64,000 nucleotides of DNA, taken from the NCBI GenBank assembly GCA_976551045.1, contig CDPCPM010000005.1, positions 11,098,001 to 11,162,000 of the forward strand, given 5' to 3'. Position 1 is the first letter of the stretch. Each line of letters begins with the position of its first letter. The translations under genes and the position numbers were made by a program. This stretch comes from Glaucostegus cemiculus (lineage: Eukaryota). The notes beneath the pieces are model-generated. The model saw only the letters and a list, made by a program, of their open reading frames with translations, had not been told where the DNA came from and did no database searches. Shown here one piece after another: positions 24,561 to 38,836 of the stretch.

Positions 24561-27189
24561 TTGTGCTGATAGCTATAGATGCCTATACTTTTTTTGCCTT
24601 CTGCTTGTAGTTCTTTAACTATAGTTTTGGAGAATGGTGATAAAAGGCATTGTGTGTAACCATTATTTATCACTGGTTTTATAAAAATTCAGAGTTAAAT
24701 TAGAAACTTTTCATTGATGTACCCTACTTTAGAATAGCAGTCATCCAGATAAATCCTGGCATTTTAGATTGGTAAGCTATAGTTTTCCATTAGCAATTAG
24801 TAATAGTATCAAAACACCTTAAAATCTCTAAAAATGTTATGTCCAAATCTTTTAATTATCCTTTTGTACTGCATTGCTGAGTTGTTACCGTGCTGTTTGA
24901 TTACAGGTAAATGTAAATGACTACTAGAATGTTATAATTAACTCTTTGACTCCCAGTGCTTTAAATGAGAGGCTTTGCCTTGAGGTCTTGCATAAGTTAA
25001 ATGTGCATGAAGTATGCAAAAGAAATTTTACACTGTTTTCAAGATGTTGGTCTTTGACATCATATTTAAACAGATTGCTCCATTTAAACTGAACTGTAAA
25101 TTAAAATTTGTTGGTAACATTTCAAATTCTTTGAAGTTTTATTTTTTACTGATACATTTGGTCCAGATCCTCCTGAATACTGAGGCATCGCAAGTTGATT
25201 GATTGGTTTTGAATAGAGGAAATTGACCTGGAACCAAGTAGTAAATGATCTGCCCATCTTAAAATTGTTAGCAGCAGAATGGCAATAGCTAAAACACTGC
25301 CATTAATAGCAAGGTTATCCTTTAGGCTTTCCTGACAAGACAATTCTTAAGTAGTAGACAATTGAGTTACTTGTTCGGGATCTCAGCAGAGTTATAATTA
25401 GAGGGACTCTATTTTCATGAAGTCAATAATACCCCTTTCTCTGTCAACTTGCTTGAATCTCACAGAGAGATAGGAAGTCAATGCAGCTTCCTTACAATCA
25501 AATGATGTATTACCAAATTTCAAGATATCTACTGATCCTGACACCTACTATGGAGAATACATTTAGCAATCCCATTCTCTGATCTGGGATGTGTACTCAG
25601 CAGAACCACGGATCACAGCGTTACCACTATATTATGGTCACCTTCCATGCTTTCAGAAGCAGGTTTCTCCACTCGGATTGTGGAATCAGTGAATTTATTC
25701 AGTGGACTATATTATCAAGCTTTAAAACCCTTGTGCCTAATGTCAGTATAACTTGCTTTTATTAGAACAATATAAATGCCATAAACATTTTTGTTTGCAT
25801 TGATAAATTTGCAAAATTTTGTAATAATAGTTATTACACTTCTTATGCCTCTGACAGTTGCATTGATGTAGCCACTGAATACCAAAATTAGTTGACAGCT
25901 AGTTTATTGCTACACAATATTCATCATACATGGTGCAAAAGAAATCACTTCCCTATAATGGGTGTTTGAAAACTATTGATCATATGGCACTTTACTCAGT
26001 ACCTGCAGCACAGAGAGCACACTCTGCAGGGCTCTGACATTTTACAGGGAAGTAGCAAGATTGTGGGTGTAGGATAGAGTTGGGGAATACTAGGGATCTG
26101 GCCACATTTCATGGCTAGCACAAGCAGCTCCAGCCTCCATTTCACTACCTGGCTTTCTGAGTCCTGTGACTTGGAGGAAAATATCACAGGTATCACTTCA
26201 GTGGTATAAACACAGCAGTTAGTGAAAAATACAGTTAGTGTATTTTAGGGCGAGTCTTTTCTCCCACCACTTACAGCAGGAATAACATCAAGGCCAAACT
26301 AATCATAACTCAGCAATACAAACTACAAATAATTCGGAAGCATGTATCACTGATTTTCCACTTCCCACACTGATACCCATGGCCATGATGAGTGATGGAT
26401 TCGGGGGTCGGGGAGGCATCGAACAATTCTCAGTTGTGCAGTGTGTGCAGCTGGGCCCAACCATGGTCCGTTCACACATCCAAAGCCAACAATATGAACA
26501 TTTTAGAGTCTTGTGGCACTGTTAATGCATTATTAAATATTGCATATTCAACTTCATGCATATGCCTTATTATCATTTGACCCTGGTTCAAAATTACTCT
26601 ACCTGGTTCAAAATTAATCTAATGATGAAACTTGAAGCTACTGTGACTTTGAACATCTCGCTCCTCCTTACAAACATTATGTCACTGTAAGGAAGTTATC
26701 AGTTATATAATACACTTTGATTCAATGAATGCAGGTTACATTATCAGTATTGCATTAAAAGGTCTCACTAAGCTCCCTTTTCATTAAATTTGCTAAATTA
26801 TTCACTGTATTATATTCCTTATAATAGAATTAATCTTTAAGTGTCGAAACCTGCTAAAAACACCTGCTGTTTTAAATTGCTTTAATCTAAATACAAAACA
26901 CAATTATGATCAAAGTACACTACATGAAGAATTTTATTTGGTGCATTAAAAATCTCAGTAATGGTATATTTTCTGAAATGGCTTTTAAAAACCATGACCA
27001 TTTTTGAAAGGTTAAGAATAGAAAAAGAACAGTTAATATTGCCACAATAAGCAATTGTATTTTAACTGGTCCACAGAAATTGCTTTGTAAACTTTGAAAT
27101 TGAATTTTTACTGTGAAATTTCCTTTGCATTTTACCATGAGGTATTTTTCACAGATCTGTTTTTTGTATAAGATGAATAAAGTACTTAC

Positions 27190-27322
27190 CTTTCAGTCAA
27201 AATACAAGGGCTTAGCAATAAGAAATCAAACCCTATAATAACCTACACTGCAGTCTGATTTTGCAGGAAAGTATCACTTCAGTTTTTATGATGAATACGT
27301 TCAAATCCCTCTCTTTCCCTTC
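27190..27322 (-). other. Candidate 133-nt non-coding exon
   Basis: Minus-strand acceptor TTATTTCTTTCATTTCAG|G and donor AAG|GTAAGTA; stop codons in all three frames. Confidence 0.4.
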
Positions 27323-29064
27323 CTGAAATGAAAGAAATAAATGAAAAAAATCTCAAGGGAAAATGTACTGCTCTAAAATTATTGTTTCAATTTCCAATTC
27401 CTATTGGAGCGACTACATTTAAGCAGCACGGACATCTTTGTCCAGTAACCAGAAGACCTATCCTTATAAACTTTTGTTAAGTAATCACTGTTATATTTAG
27501 TCAATAAGACTGAAAACAACATGAAACAATTGGAATCTGATATGAAAGGAAGAAGATCTCAAGACCTCATTGAGATTATTTATGCCGTTTGTTTATGGTC
27601 AAGTATCTGCTAAAGTAAAGGCAGATTTAAAATCCAGAACCAATAGTACTTGCAAAGATAGAACATCTGAAGAAAAAGGAATGAATTAAATACTACTGTT
27701 AGGAAATTCAAATGAGCTAAAATTTCAGTTTTCAACCAACAGTCCACTGAAATTCTTCCTTCTGGTTACAATCTGAATAGAATGATGAAGCTAGAGACAA
27801 AGAAGATAAAAGCAACCTTTGTAAGTTGATGAGTAATCCATTGAAAAGTATATTTTACTAAAATAGATTGCATTTGTTAATTTCTAAACTTGTGTGATAC
27901 CTGTGGACATACTTTATTCTATTTTAATTTATCGACATACTGACATCCTGTCATATTAGAATACAAATGATTATAAGAGCATGAAGTGTTCACTTGGAGC
28001 ACAGTTAATCAAATCATTTTTTTACTCAATGTATTGTTCCAATTTCTTGGAGGTAACATAAAAGATGATCATCAAAGTGGAGTCTAAAAGGAAGCTTGAC
28101 ACATTGCAACCTGTATTAACTATTTGCTTTCAGCAACCCAGACTTTGAACATTTTAACAGATAGTGTTTGTTGGTATCTAAGTGCCTTTGGGAGCTAATT
28201 GTGTACCTTTAAACACACAAAGCAGTATTATACTATTATTGGTGTGGGATAAAGTTCCCAGCTTGTTAAAGCTCCTACAGATTCCAAGTGAAATAAGTTT
28301 TTTCATTCTCAGAGCAGCCAGCAGGTTTGTATCCTTTGTGTAAACCACCTCAAGGTCATGATTTCAAAAAGTAACAATAGCATTTTTGTGAACTTTATCC
28401 TGGTTTATGTTTACCATTTTAAAACATATGTTAATGTAAATATTGCAGAGTTATTTGCATGAACACCTACACCATACACTGCTCACCAGCTTTGCCAAAT
28501 TGGACCACTACAAAGAATAACTTTTCTCTTTGAATTCACATGCAGCAATTTGGCACATTACTCCCAGGAACAAACTGATTTTGATAATATTGATGCAATG
28601 AGCCAGTAGTTTTTTTTTGTTAAGGATTTGTTGAGCACCAAATAAAGATAAACTTGAAGCTCATTTATCTTTGCTTCCAGTCTGTGTTGCAGTAATAATA
28701 AGGTCTAGAATAGGAGAGGAAATAAGGGTACAAGTTTTACTTTGCTGTAAATGATGGAGAATGTGGACAAGCAGTTGAGGAATAATCTTAAATGGTGCAT
28801 CAGATCAAATGTGCAGCATCACGTTGTTGACTGAATTACCATTCAATACATCAGCACAAGAGGTTAACCGGAACCTAATCTTGCAACACATCCACATGTC
28901 AGAACAATGTATACAACTAACCCATCACCACTGCGAACATCTGTAAAATCAAGCACCATCAAAATATTTCTGGAAATTGAAATAAATTATCCAAATACTG
29001 ACATTTGAACAGCCGGAAGAATAATGTGATGTCCAGTACATTTAATTTAGTGGGAGCTGGACAA

Positions 29065-29260
29065 CAGATTTTCTTCCCCTGAAGCACATTAGTGAACCAG
29101 ATGGGTATTAAGATAGCTTGATAACTTCAAGGTCATCTTACTACTTCAAGTTTCGTCTAGATTTTTGAACTGTGGACAAACTCTCAAAGTCACACATACC
29201 ATGAATTATTAAACTAGGCCTCTAGATTACAAGCCAGTAACAAGAAATATGTTATCATAC
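29065..29260 (-). mobile_element. SINE-like repeat, same family as 19140-19865
   Basis: GATTTTCTTCCCCTGAAGCACATTAGTGAACCAGATGGG...GGCCTCTAGATTACAAGCCAGTAAC. Confidence 0.55.
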
Positions 29261-30474
29261 CCTATGTTTACTAGTTCCATAATGGAATAAAAAGTCACTC
29301 TGTATTTGCTCTGCAAAAAGCCCATCATGTACTGATCAATAAAGTGCAAAAACACAGCCATCTACAGTACAGTTTTGTTATTAGTCCTTTTTCTAATATT
29401 AGTTGAGATGGGACATTATTTTTGCAAAGGTTCATTTCAAAATATCAACATTTTTCAGGTAATTTTAGATGTGCCAACATTCTTCTTTAAATTGATATTT
29501 AAATTTATAAATAGCACATTTTCCTAGTTTGAAAAAGTTACTGAGCTTTTTCATTAAAAGTGATGTAAAATGCCATTTCAGTATATTAAAATATATTTGT
29601 TACTTAATGAAGATACTTGTGCTACTTTTATTTAATCAACTCTAATTTGTCCCTTTGAAAACCCTTAAACAATTATGTCACTATTATAATGAACATTCAT
29701 ACAATTTGACATTTGCCATATATGGCATGACAATCACTGGCAGCTAAAAATCAAGCATTAGTGCTATAATAACATTATATTAAAAGAACTATGGAGTCAT
29801 TATAAAAGCACTGATCTCCCCCTTACAGGTATAAACTGCCTGAGCTTTGCCACTGTGACTGAAAGGAATTCCTTGTTTAGACTTGAACCTGGTAACCTCT
29901 CTTGGATAGCCGACATTTTATGCACAGAATTTCCTTCACTGCAGCTTTTGGAATAATAATGCTGAAAAATAAGCAAATTTCATGGAAATATTAACAAAAT
30001 AATCATGATCACTGAAATATTTACCATTTACATGTAATTAAATTGCTTATTAAACATGCAAACCATCTATTGTTTTCATCCTGATCTCCCTTTGTTCCAA
30101 AGAAGCTCTAGCATTTCCACACCCTGTCCTAGATCCAGTGAAGACAGTTTAAACTTTTTGTTGACCTCTCAGACACCTTCACCAGTAAAGCAGTATTGCT
30201 CCAGTAGTACGAGGTCCAAGGCCAAGATATTTAGAGGTTATTGTCTTTGTTTAATGAAAGTGGGAGACTATCTTTTATTTCTGGGAATCATTAGTGATTA
30301 GCCAACAGAATCACAGAATGTATGACTTCTGGGAAAGTCTTTTTTAACAAGTTGTTAATTAAAAAGAAAATGCACAAATTGTCCATTTATCATTAAGAGT
30401 GCAATTTACTCCAAAATGACAAATCAGTCTTATATTATACCAAACCTCAGCTTGACTAACTGCTTGCCATCTGC

Positions 30475-31548
30475 AGAACATAATAAAATTTGATCCCTTG
30501 TGCCTGCTTCACTTTTCCATGAGATTGTGGCTGATCAGTGCCACTTACCTGGGCTAACCACATTCCCATTGATTCTCGTAACACTTGAAGATCTTTTGAT
30601 CTCTTTCTTAAATATATTTTGTCACAGAATCTCTACAGCCCCCTTCAGTAGATAATTCCAAAGATTCCATCTTTTAATCTCTGTCCTGAGTGGCTGAACC
30701 CATATTTTCAGACTTTGACCCCAGCCAAGTGTATCTACCGTGTCAAGTTCCCTAAGAACTTTGTATATATAAGATCACCTCTCAATCTTCTAAATGCAAG
30801 AGTGTGCAGGTCTAGTCTGCTTTATCTGACAAACTCACCATCCCACAAATGAATCAGGTGAACATTTGCTATACTCCTTCCACTGCAAGTATATCCTTCC
30901 TTAAGTAGTGAGACCAGACCTATACTCAGTATTTCAGATGTAGTCTCACCAGGTCCTTATATAACGGGAGCAAACTACCTATACTCTTATATTGAAGTCC
31001 TCGTGCAATAAAGACCAACATAACATGTGCCTTGTAAGTATTAGCTGTACCTGGACATTAACATTTAGTGCCTCATGTATGAGGACACCAGCTCTATCCA
31101 AACAGCGGCACATATGAAACATCCATCTTTTAAAAAATACTTTTTCCTTTCTATTTTCCTTTAAAAATATAAAAACCTCATATTTATCCTTATCATATTT
31201 CATCTGTGATGATTTTATCTAATCACCTTTCCTGTCTCCATTTCCCTGAAGCTTTTCTGCATGCTCCTCACCACCCTACCTGCCCCCACCCAATCCTTTG
31301 CATCATCAGTAATCTTGGATATATTGCATTTGATTCTATCATCCATGTCATTGATATAGATTTTGAATAGCTGGGGTGCAATCACTGATTGCTACCAAAA
31401 CCTACCAGTCTCAACTCCCAAACTGAAAATAATCTGTTTGCTGTTATTGTTTTCCACCTGTTAACATTCTCAATCCACACCAGTATTGTGCAGTCTAATA
31501 TTGTTTAATAATCTCTTATGTGGCCCCTTATCAAACGCCTTCTGAAAT
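30475..31548 (-). mobile_element. CR1 LINE, ~1.1-kb degenerate 3' portion
   Basis: Antisense CR1 landmarks: GAGACCAGACCTATACTCAGTATTTCAGATGTAGTCTCACCAG (LVRxHLEY), CTTTGCATCATCAGTAATCTTG (ADD region) and CCTTATCAAACGCCTTCTGAAA (FQKAFDK). Confidence 0.9.
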
Positions 31549-34500
31549 GCCAATGAAGTTATGGTTGCAGGAATACTTTAATGTGGTATGCCAAATTCAT
31601 TGTGAAGGAAAGTTTCAGAAAGTAGATGGGAATATATTTTATCATTTGCAGTATAATGTTTTGGACATTATGCAATAGAATTTTATCAAAAACAACTTGG
31701 TGTGCTGGCAGTGAACTTCTGGATTTTTGATCTATGTTGTTTGGACAGAGTGACATATATATACACAGAGGCTGCTGGGTATGTGCAATAATTTTAATTG
31801 GCATACTGCACTTAATTGGTGTCATTTGTAGAAAGGTCTATCGTGTGTACAATGTCCACAAACTGCTCATGCCTCAACAATGAAATAAGTCTTAACCAGA
31901 AGGTTGATATCTACCTTATGGTTAGTTAAAAGACTGACCCAACATGAGCCATTGCTAGGATGACTTGAGACATCCATCGGCATCCATCCTAATTCAACTT
32001 TCTCATCAACAGTGATCATCTCCCACATCCTTTTCTCTTTGATGATGCTTTCAGGTGTCTTTGATCTCCCTGACCCCTTTGATTATCTCCTCAACCCCCA
32101 TCTGATGATCTCCCTGACTGATCATTTCCCACGTCTTTCCACTTGCGTCTTCCATCTTACCCACCATTACTGCCACTCTCATCTCCATCCACTACCAAAC
32201 ATACTTTGTCACAGCTTTCATTCTCACAGTGATGAGGTGCTGAATACTGTTGTGTGAAATTATGCACGTAAAACTGGTTCTTTCACCAATGATGCCACAC
32301 CCATGGGCCCCCATGCATCTATGCAAAATGTAATATTTCTAGTCAGTTGTGCGATTCTGGTGTAACAAGGCAAATAAGCACAATTTTTTTCTTTGAAGGG
32401 AAGGATACTTTTAACTTTCTTGCATCTTTCCATGATTTATGTACCACCACATTATTTATGTTAATGGTTAAACAGTGCCAAACTTATATGGACTTATCCA
32501 ATTTATTGCATGATGATTAAAGTGTTCAGCAATGATTGTTGCTGTGCAGTTTAGTTTTGAAAACTGCACAGATGGAGATACTATCATATACCACCTAAAT
32601 CACACTGAAAAATTCTGTAGTGAAATAGATTTCTGGTTTGAAGAAGCAGATCTAAAGAACTTTAGCAGTTAAGTCCAGTTGCTGATTTCCCATTACGTTT
32701 CTTTTATGATTAAGTGTTTAAGAACAAAGTTTGTCTGTGTAATGCAGCTTACTAACACTGTCAAACAGTACCAACCTGCCATCTAGTGCACAGTCAGCTG
32801 AAATACTTGTATATCTGTCTCCATGGTCCAAGCATTATTGATATTGTACTCATATTAAACCAAAGACTGGCAGAAGGTGCCTGCATTGTTCAAGAGCATT
32901 TGTGAAATTAATTTCTAGTTCTTATTTAAATTATAATGTGTTTTTTCCTCTCATCAAATGCCCACATAATTTGAGATAGGAAGTATAATTAAATAAAAGA
33001 TAGATAATTAAAAAAAAATCCAAGTTTGTTTTAGTGAAATACGCAAAGATAGTGGAAGAACAAATTTTGATTAATTTTTGTAAGAGTTAGAGGTCTTACT
33101 CTTTGTGGTTGCAGGTTAAAGACAATGAAACAGAGAATAGTTTGATAGATGGTTGCAGATTGCTGTGGGCAACTTCCAACTGACGGCAGTGTCATCAGTA
33201 TTGGTTTTTGGCATGAGCAAACTATCTTAATGGAGCCATCTGGTTTCTATTTGATTATTACTGAGGCCAATCAGGTAAATAAACTTGCGTCTGGCTCACA
33301 GAGCTCACCTAGACTCAATAAGAACCAGAGAGCTCAGAGGGTGAGTAATGATTGATTTCAACAACTGTGAATGATGGTTTATTTCTTTAATTAAGATTTA
33401 GTGGAATCTCCACTGAAGGAGTTCCACTGAAAGCAGTTGTTTCAGGCAGAAGAACACTGAAAACAGCTGCATTGGGCAAAAGACCACAAGAGCAGTCATA
33501 ATTGGATAGAGACCCCAGAAAACAGGTGTGTCAGCCACAAAGCCACAAAAAGTGTCCGTGTCAGACAGAAACCACTTGCATCAGAGAGAAGACGCTGAAT
33601 GTGGCTGTATTGGACAGAGTGACAGGACTTCTGATTAAAGATAAAGTAAAACAGAAAATGGTTTCGGACCTCCTCCGGACAGATTTTTTTTTGTCAGGGG
33701 AAGACCATTGCCAGTTTAAAGTAATATTAAATTAGCGGGTAGAAATCTGGACATCATACACCAAGAAACAAAGCATTGTTTTCAATCTAAATAATGTTAA
33801 CCAGCCAATTAAAACGTACAAAAAAGCGCAGTTGTGGCTAATCCTTGGTCATATTAACTGAAGCATCTTAAATCAATGGGCCACTCAATTCCTGCTGATT
33901 GTAAGTGGTAACAGGGAATGTGCAGCCCACTTAGAAAAGAGACTGTTGGTGCTGAGTCCTGTGGAACAACTAATATAGATCTAAAATTTATAACCGTGAC
34001 ATGAGTAATCATCAGGAGATACATTCAGAACATACGTATCATTGATGAATCTGGTATGTTACAAAAGGAATGCTAACTTATATTGCGGATTTTGTGAGAA
34101 ACCCTTTATTTATAAGCCATGTTTCAACTTCAGCCAATCTTCAGGAAAACTTTACACTACAGAAAATTGCTGGTACAGAGGTTTTGAAAGTAATGCATAT
34201 TGACAAGGGTAAACAAACAATCTCTGACACTAGTGTGCAGAGATCAGATTACTCTCTCTCTCTCTCTGGGGTTTAGTAAGAGTATAAATCTTTTACGGCT
34301 CTCTAACTCATTATTAATTCTGTGCCTTTTTGGTAATTTTTGAATTTAATATGAAGCATGGGCTTTTGTTACGATGTCTGTACATAATCTGATAATTGCG
34401 ATTTGGTTCTGCTATTCTTTATTTAAAATGTATTTTAGAAGATATTTTCTTGCCAGTAAATGCCACTGTGAGGTCAATTTATGCTGTAAACTTGTGTCCA

Positions 34501-37500
34501 CAGGGAGCAAGATTGAGATTGTCCAAACTTATTTCAGTTAACCTTTTGAATGAGAAGAAGAATGAGAAATCTTTCACTCTCATTTGTCTGGCCCATATTT
34601 GATCCCAGGTTCCGAGGTGAAAGTGTAATAACACAATGTATCAAAATATCTACTATATTTACAGTGATATTATTATCCTACTGAGAAGGTGAGAAGGTGA
34701 GCTTTATGGCAACTACTTAAAACAGGCTTAGAACAAGCTTAGCTTTTATCGCTAATGACAGTATACATAGCATGGTACGGACTGCTGCACTTTTTCAAAT
34801 ACACCACTTTAGTGTGTTTAAACAGTGTGATCTTCATTATAAAAACTGCAGTATTGAAAATGGCCTTGTTGTAAATAACCTATCAGATTTGCAGTCTTAT
34901 TGCTACCTTCTACATTGTGCCAAGCAGCCTGTTGTTGACATGCCCCTTTAAGGAATACTATGCAACATATAAAACATAGAATGCAAGTGTGTCCTTTCCT
35001 CACAGAGTGACAGGACGTAGATGGCAAATTAAAATTATGTAAGGATTTCAGTATTTTGCATGGTCTATTGCCAGTGCCCCAGTACCAACCCATTATTCTT
35101 CAATGTATAATGAACAAGATTGCATGCAATGGCAGAAGCTATTATTTTGCATCTGGATGCTGAGAGATTAAACCACTCTATTATTTCTGCTTCAATCTCA
35201 AAATGCAAGTCACTATAAATTTAGTTACAGAGCATTTTCATAACGTTTCCTTTTATTTGTAACTGATGCAGTCATCACCATGGCTTTCTCAGAAATAGGT
35301 CTAAAAATGCAGCAGGATAATTTTATATGTATTGAAAAGACATCTAGCCTTTATGCACGATGGGTTTTACTTTCACTTGCTCTCGCTACATGTTATACAA
35401 TTTGCACCTCATTGTAATGCAGTTGAGCTGTTTTCCTTATCAGATTCAAATAAGATTGTTTGGTTCAGCGTAAAGGGATGGCCAGGTGCCAAAGGAAAAA
35501 AAAATGTCCATCTGCTTGATGCAAGTTATCATTTGTTTCAATTCCAATATAAATTTGTTGCAGGATCAAAGATTTGATTCATTAGAATCTCTTGCCTAAC
35601 AATATTCTTTTCTAAAATGAACTTTCTTCTTCACCTCTGATTTCCTTTTTACATCCTAGATTCAATCCTGTCACCAGATGCATTTGCATAGGATGGATAG
35701 AGGTTAGACTTTTTCGTCTGTAACTCTATGCTCCTAAATTTCCATGTCTATAACCATCTGCATTAATTAAAACCACACTCCCACATTGTTTAGATTTACT
35801 GTTTAGTCTGTTGTCAGCTTGCAGACCTGTTAAGTTGAAGTTTGCCATTAGAATTACAAGTAAAGCAGTTTTACATTGTTTTATTCTAGTTTTATCCGAG
35901 CATCCTTGTTTATGCTGGGGACTCTGTTAATAAGTATGGCTAGGCTATTAACTCTTGAGGTGATCATCCAATGTTGATGCAATTGTACTTATCATGGGAT
36001 ACTACCCCGGGACAGAGGTTCGGTGGGTTTTTCTGTTCCAAGAGGTTCCAAGAGATTCCTGCACTAGCTTGGGTGATTAAACTTGTGGGGGCATGGGTGT
36101 GGGAGGTGAGCTGCCACTGCTCCTTTTTCCAGGTGCAAAGTTCAACAATTAAATGCCCATTTCTGCCAGAGAGCCTCAATAAAGCAGACCTCAGTACAAG
36201 TGGCAGCTGAGGATCACTTTTCAGGAATTTTAGGCAAGAGAGTTTAAACTGCCTTCACTGCTCAACTTCTCCAGAATCATAACTGTTTACTATATGTGAA
36301 AAAATACCTCAAGGAGTAGTGTCAAAGAAGCTAAATAACACTATGAACACATCCTCAGCCATTAACATTTGGAGGTAAGTGGTTCTTCATAAGATTTATA
36401 TAAAAATGTATCATATTCTTGTAAGGCCATCACATCTATAACCACCCGCATTAATTAAAACCACATTTCCACAATTGGAATTAAGTGATTCTTTATACAA
36501 GCAGCAGTGGCTTAATATCTAGCAGAGATTGTCTCTGTCCCTGCTAGATGGGAACAGGATGAATGTATTTTAAAAGTACCGGTGCTGAACTCCCCTTCCA
36601 ACTATATGCCCGCTGGCTTTTGAAACTGATTTTGGATAGGGCAGACTTAGCAGTTGTTTGCTTTAGGAGGCACACTTCATTGAGGGATAAGATCAGGCCT
36701 CTGTGACATCTGTGGTACAGGTACCAATGGATGATGTGTCAGTCACATTGATACTAGGTGCATATCAGCCAAACTTTGCAGGCTGACCTAAGGCCACCCC
36801 AGAAGCAGTCAAGAGGGGTTTTCAGAATGATTTTTATTGAGCCATGAATTTTCTTCATTGTCTCCCAAAAATATTCCCATCCAGTGGGATCCCTTCATGA
36901 TCTCTGCCCACCCATCCACACAGACTTTCCCCAGTCTAAACCTTGATCTGTTAGCACAAGCTCCAACCAATGTTCCCAGCTTAAGATCATGAACAATCCA
37001 CAGGTTTACCCCCAAAAACTGAAGAGCTGCCTGTGAGGTGTTAGCAGATTTCCAATCAGATGTAAATAAGAAAATCTCCTAGACTACAGTATCAACTAAT
37101 GGTGACGATCGGCCCTTACTGTGCTGGTGCAGATTTGAAATGTCATCTTGTTACAGATCCAAAATAATTTCACAGAAGTAGCAATAGGCTGGGCATTTCA
37201 TCATGGGTGCTCCTTGACTATCTGATGAGACCTATAACTAATATGACAATATCTAATTGTTGCAGTAATTTATAATAACTAATTTTCACAGTAAACTTAA
37301 AACAACCAGAGTAGAATCCAAGTTTCTAACCCAAGTTCCAGAACATACACTACGCCAGGTATCATCTTGGATCAGCAAGGTTGTATTCTTGCCTCTGAAT
37401 CAGAATGACATGAGTTCAAGCCCTGTTAAGAAGAAAGGCAATTAATCTTTGGTTGGGAAGCACTTTGTGGTGGAAAGGCATTTTAATTCTTGCCCATTAG

Positions 37501-38362
37501 CCAGCATAATCTGGACCACATCTGTTCGAATGAAAAAGTTCAGTGAATTATAGGTAATCATCCATTCATATGGCTAGTCAAGGTTGGAGCAGCATTTTGA
37601 CCTCAATTGAAATTTATCTCTAAGGTAGTGCCTGAACTAAAGATGTTATGTGAAATCTAATATCATCAGTTTTTGCTGAATTTGCACAGTGCGTGGAGTA
37701 CTGAAATTGGAATAGATGTGTAGAGAAGTTTGAACAGGGCACAGTGCTGCAACTTTGAGACAACAGCTAGTTAAAATCATAAAAATGCTAAAGAATATTT
37801 AAAAGCTTTTTTTTACTTATTGTGGATGGATGACAAAGCACAGGAACAAACTAATAGTATGCTGAGAGAGCACTGCATTTTATTGAACAGGTACTCACAT
37901 TATACTAGAAAGGGTGCACAGTACAAAGAATTGTTTATATGAGTGCCAATTCTCACTTGGCATTCCCCTCTCCCTTTCTCTGTCATATGCTCCCATTGAG
38001 CATGTCTCACTGCCCTTCTCAGATTCTATCCTTGAATATCCAAATCTCTGGGTAACTTGGCTCTACATTTGTAGATGGATTTTTACCCTACCTTCAAAGC
38101 ACGCTGCTTGTAATTGGACCCTGTATTTCATAACACCAGAAAAAAATAGAATAATGGTGTGCTCCAATTCGCGGATTAAGATTGACCACCTGCTTGAAAT
38201 AGGAGGTGGATCATTTTTGCAAAGAAGGGGTGATTTAGGAAATACAAGGAAGGGATTGCAAAAGTGCCCACGTAAATGGGATAGTAAGTAACCCTTCTCC
38301 ATTTCATACTGTACCCTCTAATTCAAGTCTGATGCCTACTGTTAAAATTAAATGCTAATGAA

Positions 38363-38445
38363 AATTCATCAACCTGAAATGCTAGCTTTATTTATTTCAT
38401 CATAGATACTGCCTGATTTACCTCCATCATTCTTTTCTTGTTACT
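38363..38445 (+). mobile_element. Penelope-like terminal fragment, decayed
   Basis: TCATCAACCTGAAATGCTAGCT...CATAGATACTGCCTGA...CCATCATTC. Confidence 0.45.
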
Positions 38446-38836
38446 ATTAAAATCAGCTGTTAATTTCAAAATATGATTTTATTCTTTTTAGCAATTGCCT
38501 TTTATTGTGCAAGAAATTTGTTTTGATGATATACAAAAAGACAAGTATTAATCTGCTGTAGCTTCCAATTAATCTTAAAGTAAACATCTTGGACATACTT
38601 CAAAATAATATTTACCTTTCAGTAACTAACAGTTTTTGATATTCTTCACTCGATAGTCAATCCAATAATCAAATTCTGTTGAGATGAAATCAAAGAGTAA
38701 TATCGTCTTTTTGAAAAGAAGTTATACAGAAATTGTTAATCTATTTGGAATGTTTAATTTACCTTCCTAGGTTTCAAACCTGTAATCATCATATACTTTC
38801 ATGTACTTTTATAATCAACTGTTCAGAATAAAAAGG

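Noticed and set aside
26582-26621. Short tandem duplications (20 bp x2 here; similar at 8928, 10725, 39767 and 63555)
   Set aside because: Ordinary slippage products with two copies and no spacers; not CRISPR-like or otherwise structured.
36275-36375. Plus-strand exon-like segment (TCCAG| ... GAG|GTAAGT)
   Set aside because: Stops in all frames, several competing acceptors and no partner exons; such matches arise by chance in 64 kb.
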